Sequence record: NC_061447.1
Strand: one strand, 5' to 3'
Length of the DNA: 64,000 nucleotides
In this document: positions 54,531-62,409 of the stretch, in pieces
Layout: the number at the start of each line of letters is the position of its first letter
Numbering within the stretch: the first letter of the stretch is position 1
Position numbers and translations under genes: made by a program
Notes under the pieces: generated by a model
The model's input: only the letters and a program-made list of their open reading frames with translations
Told to the model about the DNA's origin: nothing
Database searches by the model: none

Positions 54531-55251
54531 ACAAATCAACCGCTATTTTAATCTCATGGAAAAAATCCGTGAGCAAATGTACCGCGTCCTGCCTGTCAGT
54601 GACCGCTACTTGTGTGTCGTAAGTTTCAGCACACAACTCCAGGCACTCCAGTGTGTACTGGTAAGCAAAGCATCTTTGATGGAAGCAAAGCTGATCGAAG
54701 GTCTGACTGGTCAGGAGCTGGTAACGTATGGCCAGTATCTGCAAACTGCCGAGCAGTGGGTTGCTAATGGTATGCAGGACGATTATCCGTTCACCCAGGA
54801 TAAAGACGTGTATGCCGAATACCGCAGCCTGACGCGTGACGAATCCCAGCCTGTGCCTGAAATGGATGACGAAGAAGACCTCGACATACAGGAGCTGGAT
54901 AATCTGCGCACCTCAATTCTTTGTGCGGACAAAGCCACTCTGGTGCAGATGTACGTAGATGAAAATCTCGGCACAAAAGGGAAAGCTGCCGACATGGATG
55001 CGGAGCAATTGCAAGAAGCTCTGTGTGAGCACTACGGTCTTAACCCTGATGTTCCTGTCAGACTCGTCGATGTTGTTGGCGAAATGGTTAAACGCTTCGA
55101 AAGCCTTCCGAATCATGCTGCCCTCAAAGAAGTTGACCTCTTGACAAAGGAAGAACTGCTTAGTCTTGCAGGCGCGTGGGGTATTGAAAAGACCGCACAC
55201 GAGCACACCATGCGCTCTCTTATCAAGGGCTATCTGCTGCGCCGTACCTAA
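54511..55251 (+). CDS. Hypothetical protein with two HeH-like modules
   Basis: DKATLVQMYVDENLGTKGKAADMDAEQLQEALCEHYG and LTKEELLSLAGAWGIE...MRSLIKGYL. Confidence 0.8.
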   Translation: MTQKLSEQINRYFNLMEKIREQMYRVLPVSDRYLCVVSFSTQLQALQCVLVSKASLMEAKLIEGLTGQELVTYGQYLQTAEQWVANGMQDDYPFTQDKDVYAEYRSLTRDESQPVPEMDDEEDLDIQELDNLRTSILCADKATLVQMYVDENLGTKGKAADMDAEQLQEALCEHYGLNPDVPVRLVDVVGEMVKRFESLPNHAALKEVDLLTKEELLSLAGAWGIEKTAHEHTMRSLIKGYLLRRT

Positions 55252-55261
55252 TTCAAACTCT

Positions 55262-55314
55262 GCAAATAACTGGACAGATTGCGGGTATATAAGAATAGTC
55301 TTATGTGATATAAT
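55262..55314 (+). promoter_or_regulatory. Class A promoter driving the topoisomerase operon
   Basis: GCAAATAACTGGACAGATT ... TGA-TATAAT at 55309, spacer 32. Confidence 0.85.
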
Positions 55315-55388
55315 AGCGTCAGACAAGCAGTGTCTGAAATTGCTAATATCGAGTAGTCCACACGATACTCACTCAGGAGAATACGAAA

Positions 55389-57419
55389 ATGGCCAAAGCG
55401 CCTAAAGCTGCCAAAGTTAAAAAGAAAACGGGAGATGGGTCCGAACAAGAAGGATTCATGATTGCCGAAGGCCTTGATGGTATTCGTCTAAATCCCGGGA
55501 TGTACATGGGGGAACGCGGTGCCGATATGGCTTACCGTGCGGTTAAAGAGCCAGTCGATAACGATTACGATGAATACATCGCAGGTCGAAACAAACTTAT
55601 CGAAGTGGTCATCGACTACGATAACGACCTGAACGTTGTTGCCGATATGGCGAAAGGTATTCCGACTGACTTCAAGAAACTGAAAGACGGTTCGAAAGAA
55701 ACGATCATGACCGCAGCATTTAGCCGAGCACACGCTGGTGGTAAGTTCGATGATAAAGCATATAAGACCTCTGCTGGTACTCACGGCGTAGGCGTTGCAG
55801 CACTGAACGCAATCTCAAGTCGCCTGCGCGTATGGTCAATGTACAAAGGCGGTTGTGCGTATCAGATGTGGGAGTGCGGTGTCGCCAAGTCTGGCAAAGA
55901 CCCGAAACAGGTTAAAGCAGTAGACAAAGATGTTATGAGTCTGCTGCGTGAAAAGAAACACAGCAAGTACGGTACGATTGTCGCATGGACCCTCGACCAG
56001 ACTGTTGTGTCTGCTGACGTACAGCGTGGTAAAAAGCTGCCGAAGAACTATCGTCACGCTGCCCCAGACCCAGCACAGCTTGGCTCATGGCTGCGTAACA
56101 TGTCTATGCTCAACCCGGGCCTTGAAGTGCGCCTGACGTTGATCAAGAAAGGCAAGCGCAAAGAGTTCACCTTCCTCAACAAGAAAGACTTGGTGCACGT
56201 TGTCAAGACGATGGTTGAAGAACGCGAGCTTGGCTCAGTTGGTAAGCCGTTCATCTTCAAGAACGACAACATCACCGCTGCGCTGACGTGGACCGACCAT
56301 GCAGACACAGACAACTTCTTGTCCTTCGTTAACACCAGCCCGACAATTGACGGCGGCTGGCACGTTGTTGGTTTCCGTGACGCGCTGTTCGAAGCGATCA
56401 AACCTTTCATGAAAGAGCAGAAAGGTAAGAGCAAGAAGAAGCAGGGCTTCAAACAAGAAGACTTGCTTATTGGTCTGACTGGTATGTTCGACTGGCGTAT
56501 GCACGGTGCTCAGTACACCTCGCAGGTTAAAGACAAGCTGGCGAGCCGTGTCGAAAAAGAAGTGTACGAAATGCTGAAAGATGCTTTCGTGAAATACTTC
56601 AAAGAGAATAAGAAGGTCGCAACGACGATCATCAAACGCGCCGAAGCGATGAACAAGGGACGTGAAGAACTCAGCGCCGTCGTGAAGTCTATGGCTGACA
56701 CGAAGAAGAAGCTGAAAGGTAACTCACTACCCGCTGACCTGATCTCTGCGCTCAAGTGTAAGCCGCATGAGCGTGAGCTTATCGTTGTAGAAGGTGACTC
56801 TGCTGGTGGTACTGCGAAACACGCACGTAACCCTGACTATCAGGAAGTTATGCTTGCTGGTGGTAAGCCGCTCAACGGTCTGAAAGCCTCACTGGCTGAC
56901 GTGCTCAAGCACAAAGAAGTGCAGGGCATGTTAGTGTCTGTCGGTGCTGACCTGAAATCGTTAGACCCGAAAGCAGAAGCGCCGAAGTTAAGCACGAAGA
57001 ATCTGCGTGTCGGCAACCTGCTGTTCCTGATGGATGCTGACCCAGACGGCTTCCACATCGCAACGTTGTTCCTCGGCGTTATCTATCGTCTGCTGCCTGA
57101 CCTGATGAAAGAGGGCCGCGTGTGGATCGTAGATGCTCCGCTGTATAACGTGATGCACAAAGGCATTCACTACGGCGGCATGACGTTTGAAGAATGCCGA
57201 GCGAAAGCACCGTCTGCTGTAAAAGATAAAGAAATCGTTCGTGCAAAAGGTTGGGGTGAAGTTGAACCTGACGTGCTCGAAGCGATCTCATTCAATCCGA
57301 AGACTCGTCGCTTGATTCGTGTGAACCCGTTCACTAGCGTTGAGCAAGAACGTTTCTTCCGTGGTGTGCTGGCAGAAGATGCTGTCCATCGTCGCCGTCT
57401 GTTGGGTCTGGAGGAATAG
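55389..57419 (+). CDS. gyrB: Type IIA DNA topoisomerase subunit B (GyrB/ParE-like)
   Basis: IRLNPGMYMG, E..DN, HAGGKF, GTHGVG, EGDSAGG, GKPLN, DADPDG.HI, KG.GE. Confidence 0.95.
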   Translation: MAKAPKAAKVKKKTGDGSEQEGFMIAEGLDGIRLNPGMYMGERGADMAYRAVKEPVDNDYDEYIAGRNKLIEVVIDYDNDLNVVADMAKGIPTDFKKLKDGSKETIMTAAFSRAHAGGKFDDKAYKTSAGTHGVGVAALNAISSRLRVWSMYKGGCAYQMWECGVAKSGKDPKQVKAVDKDVMSLLREKKHSKYGTIVAWTLDQTVVSADVQRGKKLPKNYRHAAPDPAQLGSWLRNMSMLNPGLEVRLTLIKKGKRKEFTFLNKKDLVHVVKTMVEERELGSVGKPFIFKNDNITAALTWTDHADTDNFLSFVNTSPTIDGGWHVVGFRDALFEAIKPFMKEQKGKSKKKQGFKQEDLLIGLTGMFDWRMHGAQYTSQVKDKLASRVEKEVYEMLKDAFVKYFKENKKVATTIIKRAEAMNKGREELSAVVKSMADTKKKLKGNSLPADLISALKCKPHERELIVVEGDSAGGTAKHARNPDYQEVMLAGGKPLNGLKASLADVLKHKEVQGMLVSVGADLKSLDPKAEAPKLSTKNLRVGNLLFLMDADPDGFHIATLFLGVIYRLLPDLMKEGRVWIVDAPLYNVMHKGIHYGGMTFEECRAKAPSAVKDKEIVRAKGWGEVEPDVLEAISFNPKTRRLIRVNPFTSVEQERFFRGVLAEDAVHRRRLLGLEE

Positions 57420-57420
57420 C

Positions 57421-57741
57421 ATGTTCACGAAAGAGAACTTGTCGAACGGCACCGAAGTTCGCTTCATCGATCTGGGCGCTATTGAGCCGCGATTCGAAAA
57501 CAGACTCAAGAATCTGCGTACCAGTTATGTGCCACCAGAGACCGTGTCCGTTAAAGATAAAGACGGCAACGAGTTGGATCCGGAACTTGTCGGCAAAGAG
57601 ATTTGCGCCAAGTACGGATGCACTGGTCATACGGTGTCTGCGCATCGTATTGTTGACGACAAGCCTGTTGAGCGTGTGCAACTGCATATACCTCAATCAA
57701 TGCTCAGTAAGATTAACGCGATTGCCAAAGGGGAACAGTAA
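57421..57741 (+). CDS. Small hypothetical protein between the topoisomerase subunits
   Basis: GGAGG RBS; TAATG-coupled to gyrA. Confidence 0.75.
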   Translation: MFTKENLSNGTEVRFIDLGAIEPRFENRLKNLRTSYVPPETVSVKDKDGNELDPELVGKEICAKYGCTGHTVSAHRIVDDKPVERVQLHIPQSMLSKINAIAKGEQ

Positions 57742-59390
57742 TGGCAGTTAAGCCAAAGAAAGTAAAAGTCGAAAAGAAATCGACTGCGGTAGCGAAGCCT
57801 GCAAAGGTCAAGTTGAAATCGAAAGCTGTTGCTGTCGATGACATGCCGAAAAAGAAAAAGAAGAAAGGCGAAGTAGCAACAACCAGCACAGGCGCTTCAT
57901 TGTACCCGATGCTGGGTCAAGATGAATCTCTCATTCGTGACGAGAACCTCGCTGACTACACACGACGCGCTCTCTTCCAGTACGGCTCTTACGTTGTTGA
58001 AGACCGTGCTATCGCTGACTATCGTGACGGTCTCAAGCCTGTGCACCGTGCGTTACTTTGGTCGTTGTGTGACTTGGGCTTACGTCCAGGCGGAGCATTC
58101 AAGAAGTCTGCGCGTACCGTTGGTGATGCGTTAGGTAAGTATCACCCGCACGGCGATGCAGCCTGTTACGGTGCAATGGTAACGATTGCAAACACAGTGC
58201 CTCCTGCTGTAGCTGGTCAAGGTAACTGGGGCGACCCTGTAGCACCTGCCGCTGCGATGCGTTATACCGAAGCGAAAATGAGTAAGTTCGCAGGTAGCTT
58301 CTTGCTTGACCCTGACTACCTCGAAGTAACGCCGATGGTAGACAACTTCTCGAACGATATGAAGATACCTTTGTATCTGCCAGCGCTGCTGCCGTACATG
58401 TTGTTCAACGGTAGTGTGCCTGCACCAGCATACGGCGTTAAGTGCGGTAACCCATCGTTCAGCTTTACGTCTGTTGCGAAAGTCGTGTGCGATATGCTCA
58501 ACGGCAAAGAGTACAGCGCGAAGAAACTGGCAGACACGCTCAAAGTTAACCACGAGTACGGTTGCTTGGACATAAGCTCAGACGAAGACTATCTGGCGCT
58601 CATGTCTACTGGGCGAGGTAAAGTCACATACGAACCGCAGATGAAGATCGACGAGAAGGCGAAGACGATCACGATTCAAACGTATGTGCCCGGCGGTATG
58701 TCAAACAACTCCACCATCACTAAGAAGCTGGAGAAGATTGCTGAATGGCCTGGTGTTGTATCTGCATCAAACGCCAGCTCGAAGAAGAACAAAGATGCAG
58801 GCCCGTGGGGCGCCGCGTTTGCGATCAAGTGTCGTGGTAGCGAAGACCAATTGTATGAACTCGCCACCAAGATTCAGCGTGAAGTAACGTCGGCCATCAA
58901 CTACTCGCTCGGTGTGACAGTTCGACGTGCTGATGCCTCAAACAAGTTCATGTATCTGTCTTATGTGAACTACTTCAAAGCATGGGTTGCGTATCGCGTT
59001 AAGCTGGAAACTGCGATGCTCAAAAACAAGCTGGCCAAAGCAGAACGGCAGTTGTATCTCAATGAGGTATATTTGTGGGCTGTGGATAACATGGACAAGT
59101 TGCTCAAAGCTCTGCCTAAAGTTCTTATGGCTAAAGACCCTGATGAAATGCTGGCGAAGATTTTCAAGATTAAACTTGAAAGCGCCAAGATCATACTCGA
59201 CCGTCAGGTTCGTAAGTTGGCAAGACTCGAACGTGCAGCATTAGCCCAAAAAGTTAAAGAGCTGAAGGCCGAGATTGCAGAGTACAAAGGCGGTCTGAAA
59301 GAACCAGGCAAATATGCCGCTGCTGGTACTGCTGCGAAAGTTAAGGCTTATCTCAAGTCTCCAGACGACAAGCTGCCTGTAAGTCTTTGA
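57741..59390 (+). CDS. gyrA: Type IIA DNA topoisomerase subunit A (GyrA/ParC-like, no C-terminal pinwheel)
   Basis: DGLKPVHR, KKSAR.VG...GKYHPHGD, AAMRYTE (catalytic Tyr); only 549 aa. Confidence 0.95.
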   Translation: MAVKPKKVKVEKKSTAVAKPAKVKLKSKAVAVDDMPKKKKKKGEVATTSTGASLYPMLGQDESLIRDENLADYTRRALFQYGSYVVEDRAIADYRDGLKPVHRALLWSLCDLGLRPGGAFKKSARTVGDALGKYHPHGDAACYGAMVTIANTVPPAVAGQGNWGDPVAPAAAMRYTEAKMSKFAGSFLLDPDYLEVTPMVDNFSNDMKIPLYLPALLPYMLFNGSVPAPAYGVKCGNPSFSFTSVAKVVCDMLNGKEYSAKKLADTLKVNHEYGCLDISSDEDYLALMSTGRGKVTYEPQMKIDEKAKTITIQTYVPGGMSNNSTITKKLEKIAEWPGVVSASNASSKKNKDAGPWGAAFAIKCRGSEDQLYELATKIQREVTSAINYSLGVTVRRADASNKFMYLSYVNYFKAWVAYRVKLETAMLKNKLAKAERQLYLNEVYLWAVDNMDKLLKALPKVLMAKDPDEMLAKIFKIKLESAKIILDRQVRKLARLERAALAQKVKELKAEIAEYKGGLKEPGKYAAAGTAAKVKAYLKSPDDKLPVSL

Positions 59391-59411
59391 GAAATCTGTA
59401 AATACAACTAA

Positions 59412-59464
59412 GCATATTCCTGGACGAAATGCGGTTGTATCAGAATAGTCTTATATGATATAAT
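59412..59464 (+). promoter_or_regulatory. Class A promoter, preceded by a class B motif at 59391-59404
   Basis: GCATATTCCTGGACGAAAT ... TGA-TATAAT at 59459, spacer 32. Confidence 0.85.
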
Positions 59465-59470
59465 GGTACT

Positions 59471-59725
59471 GTTGAGTAGTGCTGTCTATGGGGAAGTAGG
59501 CAGCCTGCTCCTAACTTAAACTGGAGGAAAGTAGCGTCACAGCAAAATCACAACTCAGGCATTAAAAATAAACCGAGCTTAAAAAGCCGAACCGCCTGAC
59601 CTCGGACATATAAACTGAGGCAGAGCAATACTATAATCGACCCAAGTAATGCTAATATGATATCGTATCGGCATTCGAAGTGTCGCTAGGACTGGCAACA
59701 ATGGTCCTCAACTCTTAATGAAGTT
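59471..59725 (+). ncRNA. Candidate structured non-coding RNA or long leader (about 250 nt)
   Basis: No plausible ORF; consecutive hairpins; 5' GTTGAG (59471) is complementary to CTCAAC (59707); TCAGGC/GCCTGA stem. Confidence 0.5.
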
Positions 59726-59738
59726 TGGAAATCCATAG

Positions 59739-61013
59739 ATGAAAAATCAGGTAAGCAACCTTAAAGCTGGTTTAGAGAAGGTTAATGGAACATTGGCCTC
59801 ACTCCGTTCAGGCACCAATTTGAAACGCCAGCACGTTGTTGATTCATTGGGTCAGCCGACCTCTGTATTGGCAGACCTGACCAAGGCATTAAAGAGTAAT
59901 ACTTATAAGTCGTACCCCGATGTACTGCAATTGCGTGATTCTGTACGCGCAACCTGCACCACCTGCCTAAGCCTGTCAGAACAAGTGGCCGCTAAACGCA
60001 TTAAGCCACGCGAACTGATGGAAAAGCTCGGTGAGATTGTGAAGTCGTTTGAAGCCGACGTGTCGTTGGCGAAGTCTTGTCTAGGTTATCTGCCTGAGTC
60101 TCGCAAAGTCGTAACGCTCGACGATGTGAAGATGAACGCAGACGGTAGCACCGATCTGGATTCATTCCAGAAAGTTGCGGAAGAGATCTACGAACAGGAA
60201 TCGAATGACAAAGCTGTACGCCGTGAGCAACGCGAAGATGCTGCGACTGCTAAAACAAGTCGTGTGCTCAAGCGCCTCAAGGACACGTACGGACACAAAG
60301 TCCCGAGAACGTTCAAGAACGCTATTCAGATAGTCCAACTTCCTGTGATGGCTCGATTCGGTACACTCGCCATGAGTCCTGAGTCGTTATCGCGTATGGG
60401 TTTCAAAATCGAAACTGCTGGTCTGCACTCAACCCCAAGTTCAGACTTAGGTATCATCTTTGAAAACCAGCTCCTGCTTTTCTTCCGCATGTCTGACGCG
60501 AAAGGTATGGCAGAAGAAGCCGCGAAGGATCACAAGATGCTCGATGGTACCCTCGTAGAACGCAAACGTCTCCAGAAAGAACGCAACGCAGAACGCCGTG
60601 ATCTCAAGAAGCTCAATCAGCTTTTGGAGCAGGCGAAGTCGCTGAAAGCTCGTCGTGCTCTCCGTGAACAAATCACAGAGACACAAGAGAACATCGACGA
60701 TATTACTGCGAAGCTGGACTCTATGGAAACGAAAGTCCGTGCGAGTAACTCCAAAGAGCGCGTGTATCGCCAGATGAAGACCTCAAACGATCACGCGATG
60801 TTAGACTACCTTAACCCTATTGTCGATATGCTCAATGAAAAAAGCAGTTCCACGCTCGGTCTGTTCACCACCATGCCGTTACGCGGCGTGATGAAAGACA
60901 GCGATGTGCATTGTGCTTGGCTTATGGAGAAATCAGCTATCAACTTGTTGCTGCGCCACACTGGCGGCGACGTGAAGTTGCAGAACTGGTTCCTGCCGTG
61001 GACAAATGGCTAA
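59739..61013 (+). CDS. Hypothetical coiled-coil protein
   Basis: 424 aa; long charged heptad region in the C-terminal half. Confidence 0.8.
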   Translation: MKNQVSNLKAGLEKVNGTLASLRSGTNLKRQHVVDSLGQPTSVLADLTKALKSNTYKSYPDVLQLRDSVRATCTTCLSLSEQVAAKRIKPRELMEKLGEIVKSFEADVSLAKSCLGYLPESRKVVTLDDVKMNADGSTDLDSFQKVAEEIYEQESNDKAVRREQREDAATAKTSRVLKRLKDTYGHKVPRTFKNAIQIVQLPVMARFGTLAMSPESLSRMGFKIETAGLHSTPSSDLGIIFENQLLLFFRMSDAKGMAEEAAKDHKMLDGTLVERKRLQKERNAERRDLKKLNQLLEQAKSLKARRALREQITETQENIDDITAKLDSMETKVRASNSKERVYRQMKTSNDHAMLDYLNPIVDMLNEKSSSTLGLFTTMPLRGVMKDSDVHCAWLMEKSAINLLLRHTGGDVKLQNWFLPWTNG

Positions 61014-61548
61014 CAACGATAACCGACTACCAGCGGTAACGAAAGGTGATTTATCGCAGTGTATCATCTGCATGAAGTTCAGTAGATCGATTCACTATCA
61101 CCATACCGTTCCCCGCTCACTGGGAGGCGAGCTTTCGCTACAAATCCCAATAGACGGTGACTGCCACACAACGCTTCACGCAAAAGCAGAAGCTGTGGTA
61201 GCGAAGTTAGCAGGTAACCGTAAGCAACCTATCGGTACGTTCTGGGATGACCCAGACGCCGAACGTAGAGCACAAACGTGGCTAGACATTCTGGTAGATG
61301 CTATGCTCAACCCACCGGTACAGCCTGGACAGAAAGAAGTCCTGCTGCCGATGATTAAGGTCGACATGGAAACCAGACATGCGCTAGAACTTCTAAAGCG
61401 CGACACGCCTGGCATTACTAATATGAGCCAAGTGTTGCGGTACTGCATTGAGACAACATTGAAATCAAAGGGGTTAAAAAATGGCGAATCCAAAAGTACG
61501 CACTCTGGACATCAAGGCACTCGTAAAAAGCGAACTCACTTGTGGTGA
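61006..61548 (+). CDS. HNH-like zinc-binding domain fused to an RHH-like domain
   Basis: CIIC...HYHHTVPRSLGG...IPIDGDCHTTLH; C-terminal MIKVD..TRHALELLK...TNMSQVLRYCIE. Confidence 0.6.
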   Translation: MANNDNRLPAVTKGDLSQCIICMKFSRSIHYHHTVPRSLGGELSLQIPIDGDCHTTLHAKAEAVVAKLAGNRKQPIGTFWDDPDAERRAQTWLDILVDAMLNPPVQPGQKEVLLPMIKVDMETRHALELLKRDTPGITNMSQVLRYCIETTLKSKGLKNGESKSTHSGHQGTRKKRTHLW

Positions 61549-62353
61549 CTGCCGCGGGCTGACTCGTGATGCCTTGTTACCGACTGCCGAAAAGCCGTGT
61601 GCTACACAAGGTCAGTTAGCAGATTCTAAGATCTGCAAACACTATCGCTCTGACAGCCAATCACTGACCGAGCTGATGACCGAGCACGGCGATACGCTGG
61701 TGGCTCTTTTCAACACGTTCCGTAAGATGTCGGACAAAGACCTGCGCGTTGTCGCTGGTATGCTGCTGTCTGAATCTAAAACTCGTCGTCATGGCGTGAA
61801 GATGGGACAAGCTGTATTTGTTCGTTATCGTGGTCGTGAGACACGCAACTACCTGAACAACTTCATGGCAGCGCGTGTGCTGGACGTTGACGATGATTCG
61901 ATTCGCCTTATTTCCGAGAAAGGTGATATCGTTCTGACTTACGCCAATAACGGCTTCAATGGTCCGTCCGTATATACGAAGAAGCAATTTGCTAAACTGC
62001 GCACAGAGATGATCAAAGCTGGTAAGCTGATCGACCCTGAGCAGGAGATCAAAACCGCTAAACGTAATCTTCCACAAGAAGACAACGTTAACTTCTCCGC
62101 ACCAAGTTCACTCGATGGCTTCGCTATTCCTCTTATGGAAGATGTGGCGAAAGGCCGTGGCGGTAAGCGTAAGGGTAAGAAGACTCAGACGCTGGTGGAC
62201 ATTGTGTCTATGATCGAGAACGGTCACGACATGGGTGCAGAGCAGGACGAGTCAGGTGTAATGACTCTTGGTGGCAACTCCTACAAGTCTAAAGAGAAGA
62301 AAAAGAAACTCCGTGTCGGTAAGAACGGTGTTGTCGAACTCGGCGACCTGTAA
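61481..62353 (+). CDS. Hypothetical protein with an N-terminal Cys cluster
   Basis: CGDC...PC...ICKHY; 290 aa. Confidence 0.8.
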   Translation: MANPKVRTLDIKALVKSELTCGDCRGLTRDALLPTAEKPCATQGQLADSKICKHYRSDSQSLTELMTEHGDTLVALFNTFRKMSDKDLRVVAGMLLSESKTRRHGVKMGQAVFVRYRGRETRNYLNNFMAARVLDVDDDSIRLISEKGDIVLTYANNGFNGPSVYTKKQFAKLRTEMIKAGKLIDPEQEIKTAKRNLPQEDNVNFSAPSSLDGFAIPLMEDVAKGRGGKRKGKKTQTLVDIVSMIENGHDMGAEQDESGVMTLGGNSYKSKEKKKKLRVGKNGVVELGDL

Positions 62354-62409
62354 TTTAAGATCTAAGCAAAGCATACCTTCAAAACTATACGAACAGGATC
62401 TCGGAAAAC

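Noticed and set aside
55389-59390. Reading gyrB/gyrA, dut, recA and ybiI as a bacterial chromosome segment
   Set aside because: The genes are highly divergent, GyrA lacks its CTD, and they are embedded among about 80 unknown single-strand ORFs with phage-style overlaps and no housekeeping synteny.
6650-59464. Treating TGGACA in the class A promoters as an ordinary -35 box
   Set aside because: It lies 32-33 nt from the -10 rather than 16-18 nt, so sigma70 region 4 cannot contact it in a normal open complex.
59463-59519. 18-codon ORF (MVLLSSAVYGEVGSLLLT) in the 59.5 kb gap
   Set aside because: Its ATG overlaps the -10 box, upstream of the expected transcription start, and it has no RBS.
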